Notes under the pieces: model-generated
What the model saw: the letters and a program-made list of their open reading frames with translations, nothing else
Told to the model about the DNA's origin: nothing
Database searches by the model: none
DNA from: Podarcis pityusensis
Lineage: Eukaryota
Assembly: GCA_964106645.2 (NCBI GenBank)
Contig: OZ067046.1
Reading direction: 5' to 3' (one strand)
DNA: 64,000 bases
Made by a program: the position numbers and the translations under genes
Part shown: positions 52,046-64,000 of the stretch, piece by piece
Position numbering within the stretch: position 1 is the first letter of the stretch
Layout: each line of letters opens with the position of its first letter

Positions 52046-52825
52046 GCTTTTTCCTCAGAAACATGGAACTCACTAAGATGTGCACCCTTCTGGGGGCCTT
52101 TTCAGTTGGTTATAGACAATTCTTGCCCATTTGTAAGTATACCCAGGACTAAACATACTTGCATTTCAACCCCAAAGATACCTGTCCTCACAGTAAGAAA
52201 TCAGACAGTAAGGTTTTCTGAAGGCTATGACTGTAATCTTATGCATACTTTCCTGGGATGAGGAATGGGAGCAACATTCGATTCAGTTCACATTTAAATG
52301 CAATTCTGAATAATGAACGCTTTATGAAACAATCTGAGAACCAAATCACAGCCATCCTTCAAATTCATCCTTTTCCTAGTTTGGCAACGCACTTCTCTAG
52401 GAAAGTTACGTATACAAAAAAATGCATATGCTCAATTCATATACTGGCTGTGCATAAAAAACCATATATTTGTGAAAATACCATACAAAGTCCTGGTTTG
52501 CTGCTCTGTCTGCCTCTATACTGGCCGGGGGGGGGGGGCAAATCTGTGGTCTGTTCAGGCCAAGAGAGACAGCCTGTCTGATGCTCCTGAATCAGTCACT
52601 TGTGGGGGTAGGGTGGGGGTGGACCATCCTTTTGAGGGTTGGGCAGATGCCTCCCTCCCTCTTCTTTTCTGGGCAGCAGCACCCGTCCTTCCGTCTTGTC
52701 TCTCAGTGCAACTTGTTGGCTACTTTGGGGCTGTGTAGGCACCTTTGGCTGATTCACCTCTTAGTGGGCTCATTTCTTCACCTACTCCATCCTGAATATC
52801 GGAGTGATGTGCATTAGATGGCCTA

Positions 52826-53071
52826 GGTAAAGGTAAAGGGACCCCTGACCATTAGGTCCAGTCATGACCGACTCTGGGGTTATGGCGCTCATCTCACTTT
52901 ATTGGCCGAGGGAGCCGGCGTACAGCTTCTGGGTCATGTGGCCAGCATGACTTAGCCGCTTCTGGCGAACCAGAGCAGCGCACGGAAACGCCGTTTACCT
53001 TCCCACCGGAGCGGTACCTATTTATCTACTTGCACTTTTGGGCATGCTTTCAAACTGCTAGGTTGGCAGGA
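52826..53071 (-). mobile_element. 5'-truncated Sauria SINE
   Basis: 3' ~245 bp only, with perfect 13-bp TSD ATTAGATGGCCTA (52813-52825 and 53072-53084). Confidence 0.93.
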
Positions 53072-53754
53072 ATTAGATGGCCTACTGTACTGTTAATTAG
53101 GATAATCTTGTATTTAATTTGGTCACTTTTGGCAGTTCAAGTGCAGGGTGGGCAAACTTTGGCTGTTCGTATATCTGAATCTTCAGCATGTATGGAGAAG
53201 TTTGGGCCAGGGGAATTTCAAATTGTCCCACTTTAAAGTGGCCAATCACTTCAGGAGAGTGGAGCTAAGACTCAGATGAAGTCTTCACTCAGGTCCAATC
53301 CCATGGCATTTAAATTCTCCAACTTTGTCACCCAGCACCACAGTCACCTTCTGGGTCCCCCTCCCTTGCTTATTTATTTGTGCTGGTATTCACTTGACCT
53401 TGCTATGAATTGCCTCATTCATCATAATCGAGGCCAGAGTGAAGTTTTGCCCTCAGGCTAATTGGGCCTAACTGGTGTGTTTTTGCCTTCCTCATCACAA
53501 TCGTCACAACTTTGGCCATCATGAAATCCTTCCTCTTTGTCAAAGAGGAAGCACAGGCCTCATCCACCCCCCTCTGCAGCAGCAGTGTATCCCGTTAAAG
53601 GGATCCCAGGAGAGGTGCACATCTGTCGGATAGTATCAGTTTGGTGTATGTCATAGGACATCCTTTATCAAGTTTGATCACGGATTTGTCCAGCCGGTGG
53701 GCTGAACAATGCTGGATGTGCCCAATGCATTTGTCCAATGCCATCCTAAACATA

Positions 53755-54108
53755 GGTAAAGTTAAAGGGACCCCTGACCATTAGGTCTAGTTGTGGCTGA
53801 CTCTGGGGTTATGGCGCTCATCTCGCTTTACTGGCCGAGGGAGCCGGCGTACAGCTTCTGGGTCATGTGGCCAGCATGACTAAGCCGCTTCTGGCGAACC
53901 AGAGCAGCGTACGGAAACGCCGTTTACCTTCCCGCCAGAGCGGTACCTATTTATCTACTTGCACTTTGACATGCTTTCGAACTGCTAGTTTAGCAGGAGC
54001 AGGGACCGAGCAATGGGAGCTCACCCCGTCGCGGGGATTCGAACCACTGACCTTCTGATCAGCAAGTCCTAGGCTCAGTGGTTTAACCCACAGCACCACC
54101 CGCATCCC
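53755..54108 (-). mobile_element. Sauria SINE, full length
   Basis: Complete head and tail; TSD AAACATA. Confidence 0.94.
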
Positions 54109-54275
54109 AAACATACATCCCTAATAAATAAAGTTGTGGCTAATTTTGAACCCCAGGTGCTTGTCCAAGCCTTTATTTATTTGTCACATGGGATAAGAGG
54201 GTGGCAGGTCACATTGCCTGGGTACGCAACTTTGCTTGTGTTCTAGTAAAATGTATAACACACAGCAATACTTAG

Positions 54276-54314
54276 TTGGTCTTAAAGGTGCTACTGGAAG
54301 GATTTTTTTATTTT
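54276..54314 (+). mobile_element. Very short Penelope-like terminal-repeat insertion
   Basis: TTGGTCTTAAAGGTGCTACTGGAAG resembles the reptile Penelope-like pLTR end; flanked by the 12-bp direct repeat AGCAATACTTAG. Confidence 0.6.
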
Positions 54315-56987
54315 AGCAATACTTAGGATTGTCTCATACTTACAGATGCTAAAGTGCATTTGTTTAACTATTCACTATAAGTTCTCATGGTGCAATTTCA
54401 TTCTCAGCAGAGGTCCTGCAAATCTACACTTGATGTGGTATCCCCCCCCCCCCACTAAGATTGAGTTAACTCTTCTGTGTACCATTTCCTATATAATGGA
54501 ATGTTGGCTTATATATATTATAATAATGGTGCCCATTCTAAATTCAAATTAAAAGTTAATTTCAAATGTGAAAAGGTTGGCCATGCAGGTTGAAGTTGAA
54601 AGCATTGAGCAACTGTCTGTCAGACAAGGGGTTTTTTCCTGAGGCATATGTGAAACTATGATAAAAACCTGGGTGGACTGAATCAAACAGCAGAGAGAAC
54701 AGCTGGGCCCCAAAGGAGTATAGAACACTGAGAATTCATTGGTGAAATTGCTAGGGAACTGCCTATAAAATGCAGTTCAGGTAAAAGAGATTCATAGTAA
54801 AGTCAGACGGTAAAGAGCTGTAGGGCTCAACTGCTATGATTAAGCATGAACAAAGCTCAAATGGGATATCTGGTATTCTGTTGCATGCATTGTATTTGAT
54901 GGAGCAAAGGAAATGGAATGTTTAATTCTGTATGTTCATTTTCATTACAAGACTTCATGGACCTCTATGACAGACACCACAGAAGGTAAGCAGCTTTTAA
55001 AAAAAATTTTTTTAGTAGTGAGCAACACAAAACTGTTTAAGAAAGTCTAGAAAAAATCTTTATATTATCATAAGATTTAGCAATCACTTGTGAGTAATCC
55101 TGTACACAATTACCTAGTAGTAAGTACTTTTGACTTACCCCTAAAATAAGTTAATTTAAGGTAGTTAATGGTAGGTAAGTTTTATGTCCTTTTCTACCTC
55201 CAGCTAGGAATTAGGGGAGAAATTCGATTTGGTATGAATTTAAATGTGAATTTATCTCATTCACACTTCACGAAATAATCTGAGAACTGTATTGCAACCA
55301 CTCTTCAAAATGTGCATTACTCCAAATTTGTCATGAAGTTCTTCAGCTTGCAGGGGCTTCCTACCCACTATGCACCTCACTGTGCATTGTTTCTTCTTTT
55401 TCCCTGCTGGGACACAATGTACCCATCTCACTTCCTCTCTGAGAAAAGGGAGCGAGTAGGACAGGTTCAAATCACATAGAAAAACATCTTGCATTCTAAG
55501 CTTGGAACATCCAACTTAGACCTCCTTACTGGTATGACTCACATGATTGAACAAAAAGAACCAAAGAATTATGTCACACCCCTTAACCTTGGGTGTAAGT
55601 GTTACTATGTGAACCCGACCAGTAAGGCTATCTAAGCTGGGTGCTTTAGCAACCTTTATGTTTCTATACAAATAATTTAGAAACGCTTACCATTGTGGAA
55701 CCTAAATTATACTATCTGGGTTTTTTTCTTGCTGTTGTATGGCAAAGCACATGAATCTGACCTTTGAAGAGTTTGTAAGTAACCCATTTTTAACTTACCA
55801 AACGTGTGGTCTGTATGCTAAGGGAAGTGGGGAACTTTGGAAGCAACTTAGAAGGGAATATTTTAAAGCTCTAACAGCCTATATTTCCATGCTTTACTTT
55901 GCTGCTCATTTTGTGATTTTAAATTTCTGCTGGGGCTCTCCCACCAAAGAGTACTAGCCCCAAACCTGGATCTAAGCATCCAGATTGTTCTGTTTTTACT
56001 CTACCATATCTGTGTTTCCCTTTAACCAAAATGCAACATACCAACAAAATGATGCGCACCCATGTGTGAATCGGCCCTGCCATTCTGAATTAATAGTTTT
56101 GAAGTTCGCCATGGTGATTAAACAGCTTTCAGACTAGTTATGCAGCAGCAGCTTCTTTGTGTTGTTCAAGCGGTCGCATCATTCGATAACTAACCACAAT
56201 CCTTTGCATGTCTGCTCAGGCCTGTTTGAGTGTAATGGGACTTACTCCTAGGTAAGTGGGTGTCAGAGTGGAGCCAAAGAAAAATGATTCAGTATGAGGG
56301 TTCATTTTTCATATTGTGTCAAAGTAGTCTTTGTTACTGGAGAGATTTGAGCATTCATTTCTCAGATTTCAAATAATAATAAAAAAAGGCTGCAGCACTT
56401 CTAGAGATTGACACACCAGAAGAAAAAGCTTCTGCAAGAAACTGATAAATTAAGCACCATCAGGTGGCTTGTATCCAGAGGTATGAAAATGGATGTAAGA
56501 ATGAAGTGCCTATGCTGCTAATATAGCTAGCAAAGGCTTTTTTATAAAAACCATGTTATACCAGAGAGTTTAAATGACCCTGGCAACTAAACGGTATTGA
56601 ACTTCTGGTATTAGGTAAGATGATTAAACCACCAATTAACAGCTTTTCTTCAATGGAACACCATGGGGTTAATTGCCCTGGTTTTGATGTTGTCAAGATG
56701 CTTAATTGAATTTGGATATTTTACGAACAAGGTAATAACTGTGTGAATTATCCTGGCCAGTGATGCTCCCTTCCTGTTGCCTCTTATCGAAACAAGCCAC
56801 CTCTTTATGCCATGGTCCCTACCTTGTGTTAATCAGTTACAAGCTAGTAAAAAGGTAAATGGGCAGTAAGAGAGTAGCTAATGCTTCGCAGCTTAAGACA
56901 GTAGTTTGGTAATGTTGTATCTTTAGGCCCAAAATAAAAGTGGCATTTCTGAGATGTATCAACTACAGTATATGCAATACATCCAAG

Positions 56988-57233
56988 TACAGTGGTACCT
57001 CGGGTTACGTACTGTCCCCCTTATGAATGCTTCAGGTTACGCGCTCCGCTAACCCAGAAGTAGATGCCCCTTGTTGCGAACTTTGCTCCAGGATGTGAGA
57101 GGACGTCATGCTCCGGCAGTGCAGCAGCAGTGGGAGGCGCCATTAGCAAAAGCACGCCTCATGTTACGGGCAGTTTCCAGTTACGAACAGACCTCCGGAA
57201 CAGATTAAGTACATAACACGAGGTACCACTGTA
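56988..57233 (-). mobile_element. Tigger/mariner-type MITE
   Basis: Perfect ends TACAGTGGTACCTCG/CGAGGTACCACTGTA; related to 58641-58870 in opposite orientation. Confidence 0.9.
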
Positions 57234-58601
57234 AACAAAAGCAGCTACTCACCATGACAGCTATGTTCTACCTCCACTGTCAGGGCCATTTGAAAATACA
57301 CAACGAAGAAACTTGAATACTAAGAATCCTACTCATATTTTATTCCACAATATATTTTTATTACTTTGTAGACACCCTTCCCTCACTTTTGCTCAGTATG
57401 GGAAGAGGGTGTGCCTTAGAGGAAGATGTTGATACATCTGAGCTCCTCAAGAGAGCATCTACTTGGCCTTCTAGATAACCTTGATCTATTCTATTATTTC
57501 TGATAAATATTTTATATTTTACTTTTTTCCCAGTGTTGACAGAATAAAATGATTTATTTATAGGGTTAACCTTTACACAGTACCAAAAGCAGCACATTTG
57601 ATATGTTCAAAGGTTTGGGAAATGAGAAAACAACTTTCATTTCCATATTGACAGGTGCTGTTGATCTCTGCAAGCTGAGCAGATCTGATTTCCAGTTGTT
57701 CCAATGCATATGCACAAAACTAACATTAAACTTCAGTGGGGAAGGTATCTTCTGAAGTCCTAGGTTTTCCAAGGTTTCATAGGTCTAAAATTAAAATTCT
57801 GCAAAAAGCTTGCCCGTCTCAAAATCAACTATAAAGCAGTAATTATATAGCAGATCAATTATGATTATCCTACAAGCTCCAGCAGAAGACGTGGCATTTT
57901 AAAGCCTGCATATTGATTGTGTTTCCTGCATCTGTTTATGGTGACATTTGGATAATATCAGGCTTATATATAACACTACAAAGCCAGAAGCAAATCAAGA
58001 CGTGTCATTACTGTAGGCTGATGATGTAGAAGAACAAGATGATGATTATAAACTGAGTGTCAAATAAAGGAGAACTTAAGTCAAAATAAATGCCTTCTCT
58101 AACATTCCTGAAACCATTTCCTAGCAGTTAGGCATAATGTTCCACATGATTTAATAGCATATTTTACATTTAGCAAGTGTTCTAAAGGACACACCCTGTC
58201 ACAGAAAGGCACACTCAAGACAATTCTTGTAAGGTAGAAAAAGGTGAAAGACATTTCCTTCTTAAATCCATCACTGCTGCTGCCACATTGATGCTGCATC
58301 CATGCCATGAAACTGTAGTTTGGCCCTATAACCTACAATTTCCAGCACCTTTAACAAACTACAGTCCCCAGAATTCTTGGTGTACATACAGCCTAGCTCT
58401 ACTAATTCTTGGAATCCAAATCTGCAGAGTTTGCTTATAAAGATGATCATATGCATTCATTCTCCTTAAAAGCTTGAAGTATGGACAAGTCCAGAGCGGG
58501 CAGAGTACTTAGTCTATTTGAAGGATGTGAGACACAACAAAGGACAAAAATAATGGCTTGCATTAAAAAGAAAACAGTGATTTCCACTGATCCTAAATTG
58601 A

Positions 58602-58640
<39 letters not shown>

Positions 58641-58643
<3 letters not shown>

Positions 58644-58870
58644 AGTGGTACCTCGGGTTAAGTACTTAATTCGTTCCGGAGGTCCGTACTTAACCTGAAA
58701 CCGTTCTTAACCTGAAGCACCACTTTAGCTAATGGGGCCTCCCGCTGCTGCCGCACCGCCGGAGCACAATTTCTGTTCTCATCCTGAAGCAAAGTTCTTA
58801 ACCTGAAGCACTATTTCTGGGTTAGCAGAGTCTGTAACCTGAAGCGTATGTAACCCGAGGTACCACTGTA
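58641..58870 (+). mobile_element. Tigger/mariner-type MITE inserted in the (ATT)n tail of an L2 remnant
   Basis: TIR TACAGTGGTACCTCGGGTTA; preceded by (ATT)n at 58603-58640 and followed by L2-like tail sequence to ~58970. Confidence 0.92.
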
Positions 58871-59802
58871 TTATTATTTCAGTTTATATACCACCCTTCA
58901 ACACAAGATCTCAGGGCAGTTCACAAGATAAAAATACAAGGAAAAAACACAAATAGCTAAAACAAAAACCATGGAGAGGTTGAGGAGAATTAACAAGGAC
59001 ATATTCCTCCAGGATGTTGAACATTATTGAGGCTCACCTGCCACATCTGCCCAGAGTTGTGGGGCCTTGGAAGAGGCATGAAAGGCTCCCTACCCATATT
59101 GTGGGACCCACAGTTTGGGTCTCTGCCTTGTCATATCCCTTGAAATGAGCAGAGTTCAGCTTGCCCAGGGCTGAAGTTATGGTAGCTTCCCACTCTTCTC
59201 ATTTCCCCTAGAGAGTATTACTAAAAAAGTGACTTTAGTTCAACCCTTCACTGGTGTCTTGCCTCTATATTCCTGGATCTAGCCACATCACAGAACTTTG
59301 GTTAGATTGAGAATGACATTTCTTTTTACTTTAATACATAGATATATGTGGGTCCCTTTTAATGCTAATATTTCCTGTTCTGAATTCAGAATTACCTGTG
59401 CCTCTGATTAAACTAGGGAGCAGCTGTTCAAGAAGGGGGGAAACATCCCAATTGTAAACTGTAGAAAAAGAAGTGAAAGAAAGGAGGGGATGTGTATAAG
59501 ATCTGAACTAAGTACTTCAAGGTTGTGGTGAGTGATGTCTTCCCTTGTTTCTAGTAATTATTCAGGTGTGTGCCTTTATGTTAAGCATGAAGATTTATCA
59601 CTTAGAATGCCCTAGTTGGTCATGAGACCAAATGAATCACTTTTTAGAAATGCATACTTAAAACTTAATGTAAGTCCAGATGAAATTTGGGGGGTGCTTT
59701 AAACTAATGTATATATTATTCCTTTTCCCACCCCCTGTTTTATTCTTTCCTGGTTTTAGTGCCTTTTGACTGATACCATACAATGGAAACCTGGATTAGA
59801 GC

Positions 59803-59980
59803 AGTGGTTCCCAAACCTTATTCCCCATGGACCACTTGAAGATTGCTGAGGGTCTTGGTTTTCTGCCTGTTGTAGCAACCATGCTAGATGCTGCTTGATT
59901 TTTAATTGTATTTTTATTGCTTCTTTTATTTCTTGCATATTATATTTTATTGTATTACCATTTAAATTCCATAGAATTTA
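59803..59980 (+). mobile_element. hAT-Charlie-like element, one end only
   Basis: CAGTGGTTCCCAAACC terminus; reverse homology to 8250-8436. Confidence 0.6.
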
Positions 59981-60540
59981 TTTACTCATTATAACCTAAA
60001 GCGCTAAGTCTATCCCAATACTAACGGAATAAATATATGTATCCTAGATCTTAATTACTTTTTAAATAATGTTAAGTCTTAAGTAAGAGTTCCTATATTG
60101 TTTTTACATTTTTACTGCTTTTGCTTTTAAGTTAGCTGGACTGGAGAGTGGGTGTTAGGAAGAGGGCTGCTTTCTTATTTCTTAAACAGCTGATGCAAAT
60201 AGCTTCATATTACTTCTGTTTAGTGTTTGCAGCATTCTCATTCTCTGAATCCAATGCAGTGCAGTGCACCATTGAATTCAGAGGCATGCTTATGTGTCCA
60301 GCCAGCTAGCATGGGTGCTGCCCTTCAGTCCTTGCATGGAATTCTGCCCTCTTCCTCCTCCTTTTCCCCAGCAGCACTTGCAGAAAGCAACTCCTCTCCT
60401 TCCACTTGCAGTGTCGCCCCTCTGCTCACCCTGACCACTGCCAGATTTACGTATAAGCTAAACAAGCTATAGCTTAGGGCCCCACTCTCTTGCCCCCCCC
60501 ATATACTATTTCTTAATTGTATTTCGCTATTAATATACTT

Positions 60541-60804
60541 TGTTAAGTTGTGGGTGAACATATCAGACGGCACAGCGATTCTTCAAACAGCTCTTGTTTA
60601 TTCACAGGCCAGAACAGAACTGAACTGAAGGGTTCAGCCAGCCTGCTTATATAGCGCTCCAGTACAACGTAACTGTAACAACTTTCTGTAACTATCCAAT
60701 CACTGAACGTCACTTTGAATCCCTTATTTGCATATGTGGACCTGAGTGAAAACTATCTACAGTATCCCCCTGCTGGCCCAGGGTGAGAACTTCAGTACAT
60801 AACA
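60541..60804 (-). mobile_element. Solo LTR (264 bp)
   Basis: Termini TGTTA...TAACA, perfect 5-bp TSD TACTT, minus-strand TATA (60646-60654) followed by AATAAA (60597-60602). Confidence 0.9.
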
Positions 60805-60820
60805 TACTTCTTCTTAATTG

Positions 60821-61049
60821 TACGTGGTACCTCGGGTTAAGAACTTAATTCGTTCTGGAGGTCCGTTCTTAACCTGAAACTGTTCTTAACCTGAGGTACC
60901 ACTTTAGCTAATGGGGCCTCCCGCTGCTGCCGTGCCGCCAGAGCACGATTTCTGTTCTCATCCTGAAGCAAAGTTCTTAACCTGTGGTACTATTTCTGGG
61001 TTAGCCGAGTCCGCAACCTGAAGCGTCTGTAACCTGAGGTACCTCTGTA
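60821..61049 (+). mobile_element. Tigger/mariner-type MITE, same family as 58641-58870
   Basis: Near-identical interior; TA flanks. Confidence 0.9.
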
Positions 61050-62226
61050 TTTCAGTTCAACAATTACTTTGATAAAATACATATTTTGTTATGTGCAAAT
61101 CGCTTTAGATACATATAAGGTCCGCAAATTACTATATAGCATATATTCAACACAAAAAACAGTGACCATTTGTTGTTGACAAAGGACAGTTGCTGGGCAG
61201 AGAGACTTATGATTTGCCGATGGCTTACCATTATCAAACAAACCAGGCCATTATCAGCCTTTTGCCTCTTCAATGACCTACCCCCAGAAAGCCATTGCCA
61301 GGCTGGCCTCATGAGAAAGCTAGTTAGTATTATTTCCAGCCCTTGTTGAATTCATGAATTTATGGGTTTGCTCAAATTCTACACCTTCACTGAATGCAGA
61401 GATTATGGGCGGGCCCACAGTAGCTATAATGCAGTCCCCATTTTATATTAAGGAAGCTACAGTAGGCAGCAGGGAAATAGTGAGAAAGCAGTGCTAATGA
61501 GTTGCATCAAGTGGATCACAAAATGGCTGCCCCACCCCTCAGTTTTCAATAGACTGATACAAAAGCAGCATTCTAGTTTCTAGTGTTTACTCATGAAGGA
61601 GCTATATTCTACAGCACGTATTGACTCAACACAATTGATTCAAATAAACAAGTCTAAAGAAATCAACTCACCCACTGAATATATAAATAAAAGATGCTGA
61701 AGTGAGTCCAATACCTGTGAAGGATATCTGATTGTGTATGCAATTTGTCCCTATTGAAGGCAATGAGAATTATGATATACTTTCGCGACATATGATGAAA
61801 GTTAAGAGGGTGCTTCTTATACTGCTGTGTGCTCTTTTAAAAGAACAACTGGCTTGGCTTGAAATGCACATGAAAAATAAATTATTCCTGGATCTCCTAA
61901 TGAGTACCGGTAATTTATATTTTATATGAGGGTGTGGACTGCTTCAGATGTCCAATAAACCATGAGCAATTGTGGTTTAACTGCCCCAACAAACCAGGAT
62001 TGCAGACTACAATTAAATCATGACCTGGTTTACAGTGGGCACTCAAACCACAGTTTCCTGGTTCGGATGTCAAAGCAAACTGGTTTGACAAACCAGGATA
62101 TCTTGTATTAATCTGGGGGTATGAAGGGAGAAGAAAAGAGGTGGAGAGAAGTGTGTGATGTAGATTTGTTGAATTGGGAATGTGCCATCAGAAGTGGTCC
62201 TGTATGTATGTTTACCTGCCTGATAG

Positions 62227-62601
62227 TACCATATTGGCCCGGATATAAGCCACACTCGAATATAAGTCACACCTTTAAAATTGATGAGTGGGGAGAAAAA
62301 AAAGAAAAAATAACCGAATATAAGCCTGCTCCCTTCCTGGGAGTATGGGTGCATACTGGGCGGGGGGGAGCCACACTGTGTTGCCGGCGGCCTTTCCACT
62401 TCCTTACTCTCTCCCTTCCCGGCCTTGGGTGAGAGGATGGGGGACTACGGACAGGGCAGGCACCGCTTTGCCGCACTCCTGGTGCTGTTTGCCTCGCGCT
62501 CCTGGCTGCATACCGTAAGGTCATGAATATAAGCCGCATTTTAACTTTTCACAGTTGGAATTTGGGGGGAAAGTGAGGCTTATATTCAGGCCAATACAGT
62601 A
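62227..62601. mobile_element. Pogo/Tigger-type MITE, second family
   Basis: TIRs TA-CCATATTGGCCCGGATATAAGCC...GGCTTATATTCAGGCCAATACAG-TA; internal AATATAAG repeats. Confidence 0.85.
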
Positions 62602-64000
62602 TTTCCTCTAAGTAATTTGAGAATTGTAATCAGTTACAAGAAATGCTAAATGATTTATATAAAAGCCTATGTTTCAAAATAGCCTTTAATGGGTGCTTTG
62701 GTGCGTAGGTCAGTGGTGGTTATCATATTACATATTCCGTCCTGCATAAGTCATATATTGCTGTATGATACCTGTAGTTATTTTGTTCATGCTTTGTTGA
62801 TTAAAACAATAAAAAACATATTCCCCAAATTATTTTAATGGCTGTAATCCTTAATGTCAACACTTGGAAGTAGTGCCATTGATTTTGAAAGGTAGTACAT
62901 TTTTATTTTGTCATAATAAAATATCTCCGATTCTGAGCATTTAAAAAAGAACAGTAGTTAAACCCCCCCCCCCCACTGGTACACAATATTAATCTTGTAA
63001 CAAAAATTAATAGATATTCTTAAGCACACATTAAAATATCAGTATTTCCAAAGGTGTATGCATGTTAAATAATTTATTCCAAAAATCCATAAAGCAATTT
63101 CTCTTCCACTAATTATGCTACTGCAAAAAGCTGCCGTTTTAAATTCAGAAATAACAAAAAGCCCACTTTTACCTAAGGTGACAAACTGAACATTCTAGTT
63201 CTGCTGCCATCATTCTTCCATGCATTTCTTCATCCATATCAGCTCAGGATCATGTCTGTGACAGAAGTTAAATGCATTGCATTTAAAAGATATAGTCCTT
63301 TCCAAAGAAGCAGCGATTAAATCACAGTATCTGCACCATGTGGTTGACTTATTCAGACTTGGAAGAGAAGAGTATTTGTACTCTCCTCACATATGAGGAA
63401 AGATAAGAGTGTAAAAAAGTAATCTGCTGAACAAACTACATCAGTCATCTGTACCTTCCCAAAAAAATGCTCGTAATTAAGAATACTGCTACCTTGGTCT
63501 GTTTTTTAAAATAATAGGGTTTCACATTTTTACAACAACATGGTTTAGTTAGCTATCCTACGCCAACCTTTATCTCTAAGTCTCCTTTCAGATCATATTT
63601 TCACTTTGGTTATTTGTTCTTTCAGAAGCTGGCTGGATACATAACTAGGTCTTTAAGTTAATGTTAAGATAATTATGTTACAACATCTTGTCAACCTTAG
63701 CCTGTTGTCACTATTTGTTGAGGGCTACGCTACATCCAGAGAAGGACTCTGCACTCCTGTCATCTTGAGTGCCTTTGTCAATGCATCTCCCAGCATGTAG
63801 CTGCTTCTGCAAAACACGCTGAGTGCTGCTGTTCATCTCAAATGAGAATTAATGTGCCACTTGGTTCCAAAGGTTGTCTGCCAGTGGGTGTGATGAGCTA
63901 GCTATGCGGAATCCACTGCTGTTCATTGTCACACTGATCTTTTAATTTGTGCCCAAGACAACTTTGGCTCATTATTTCTCAGTCTTTAACAGAACGACAG

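Noticed and set aside
53330-53750. Possible DIRS/Ngaro ORF1 zinc-finger remnant (YQFGVCHR..)
   Set aside because: Too degenerate to support without an HMM search.
1-64000. CRISPR array, operon or prokaryotic defence system
   Set aside because: Eukaryotic repeat-rich DNA with no regularly spaced repeat-spacer array; short ORFs in the track are at chance level.

Overview
Vertebrate genomic DNA, almost certainly from a squamate reptile. The Sauria SINEs and Squam3-like SINE point to a lacertid such as Podarcis; this is inferred from repeat content only. I found no convincing host protein-coding exon, tRNA or rRNA, so the window reads as an intron or gene desert filled with transposable elements. 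It contains: (i) the 5' part of a minus-strand Ty1/Copia element (LTR, half-tRNA-iMet-type PBS, gag-PR-IN-RT-RNaseH) carrying inactivating lesions; (ii) a young minus-strand L1 with a perfect 17-bp TSD and an internal deletion that joins the endonuclease almost directly to the RT FADD motif; (iii) three solo LTRs with 5-bp TSDs; (iv) five Sauria SINEs, a Squam3-like SINE, and L2, CR1, RTE and Penelope fragments; (v) many hAT- and Tigger-type MITEs; (vi) several local templated duplications. The most notable observation is that two diverged solo LTRs (11640-12149 and 30107-30690) encode the same acidic, Trp-rich peptide in the same register from the LTR start, with differences concentrated at synonymous positions. 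This suggests a protein domain under selection inside the LTR. All family names come from motif recognition, not database searches.
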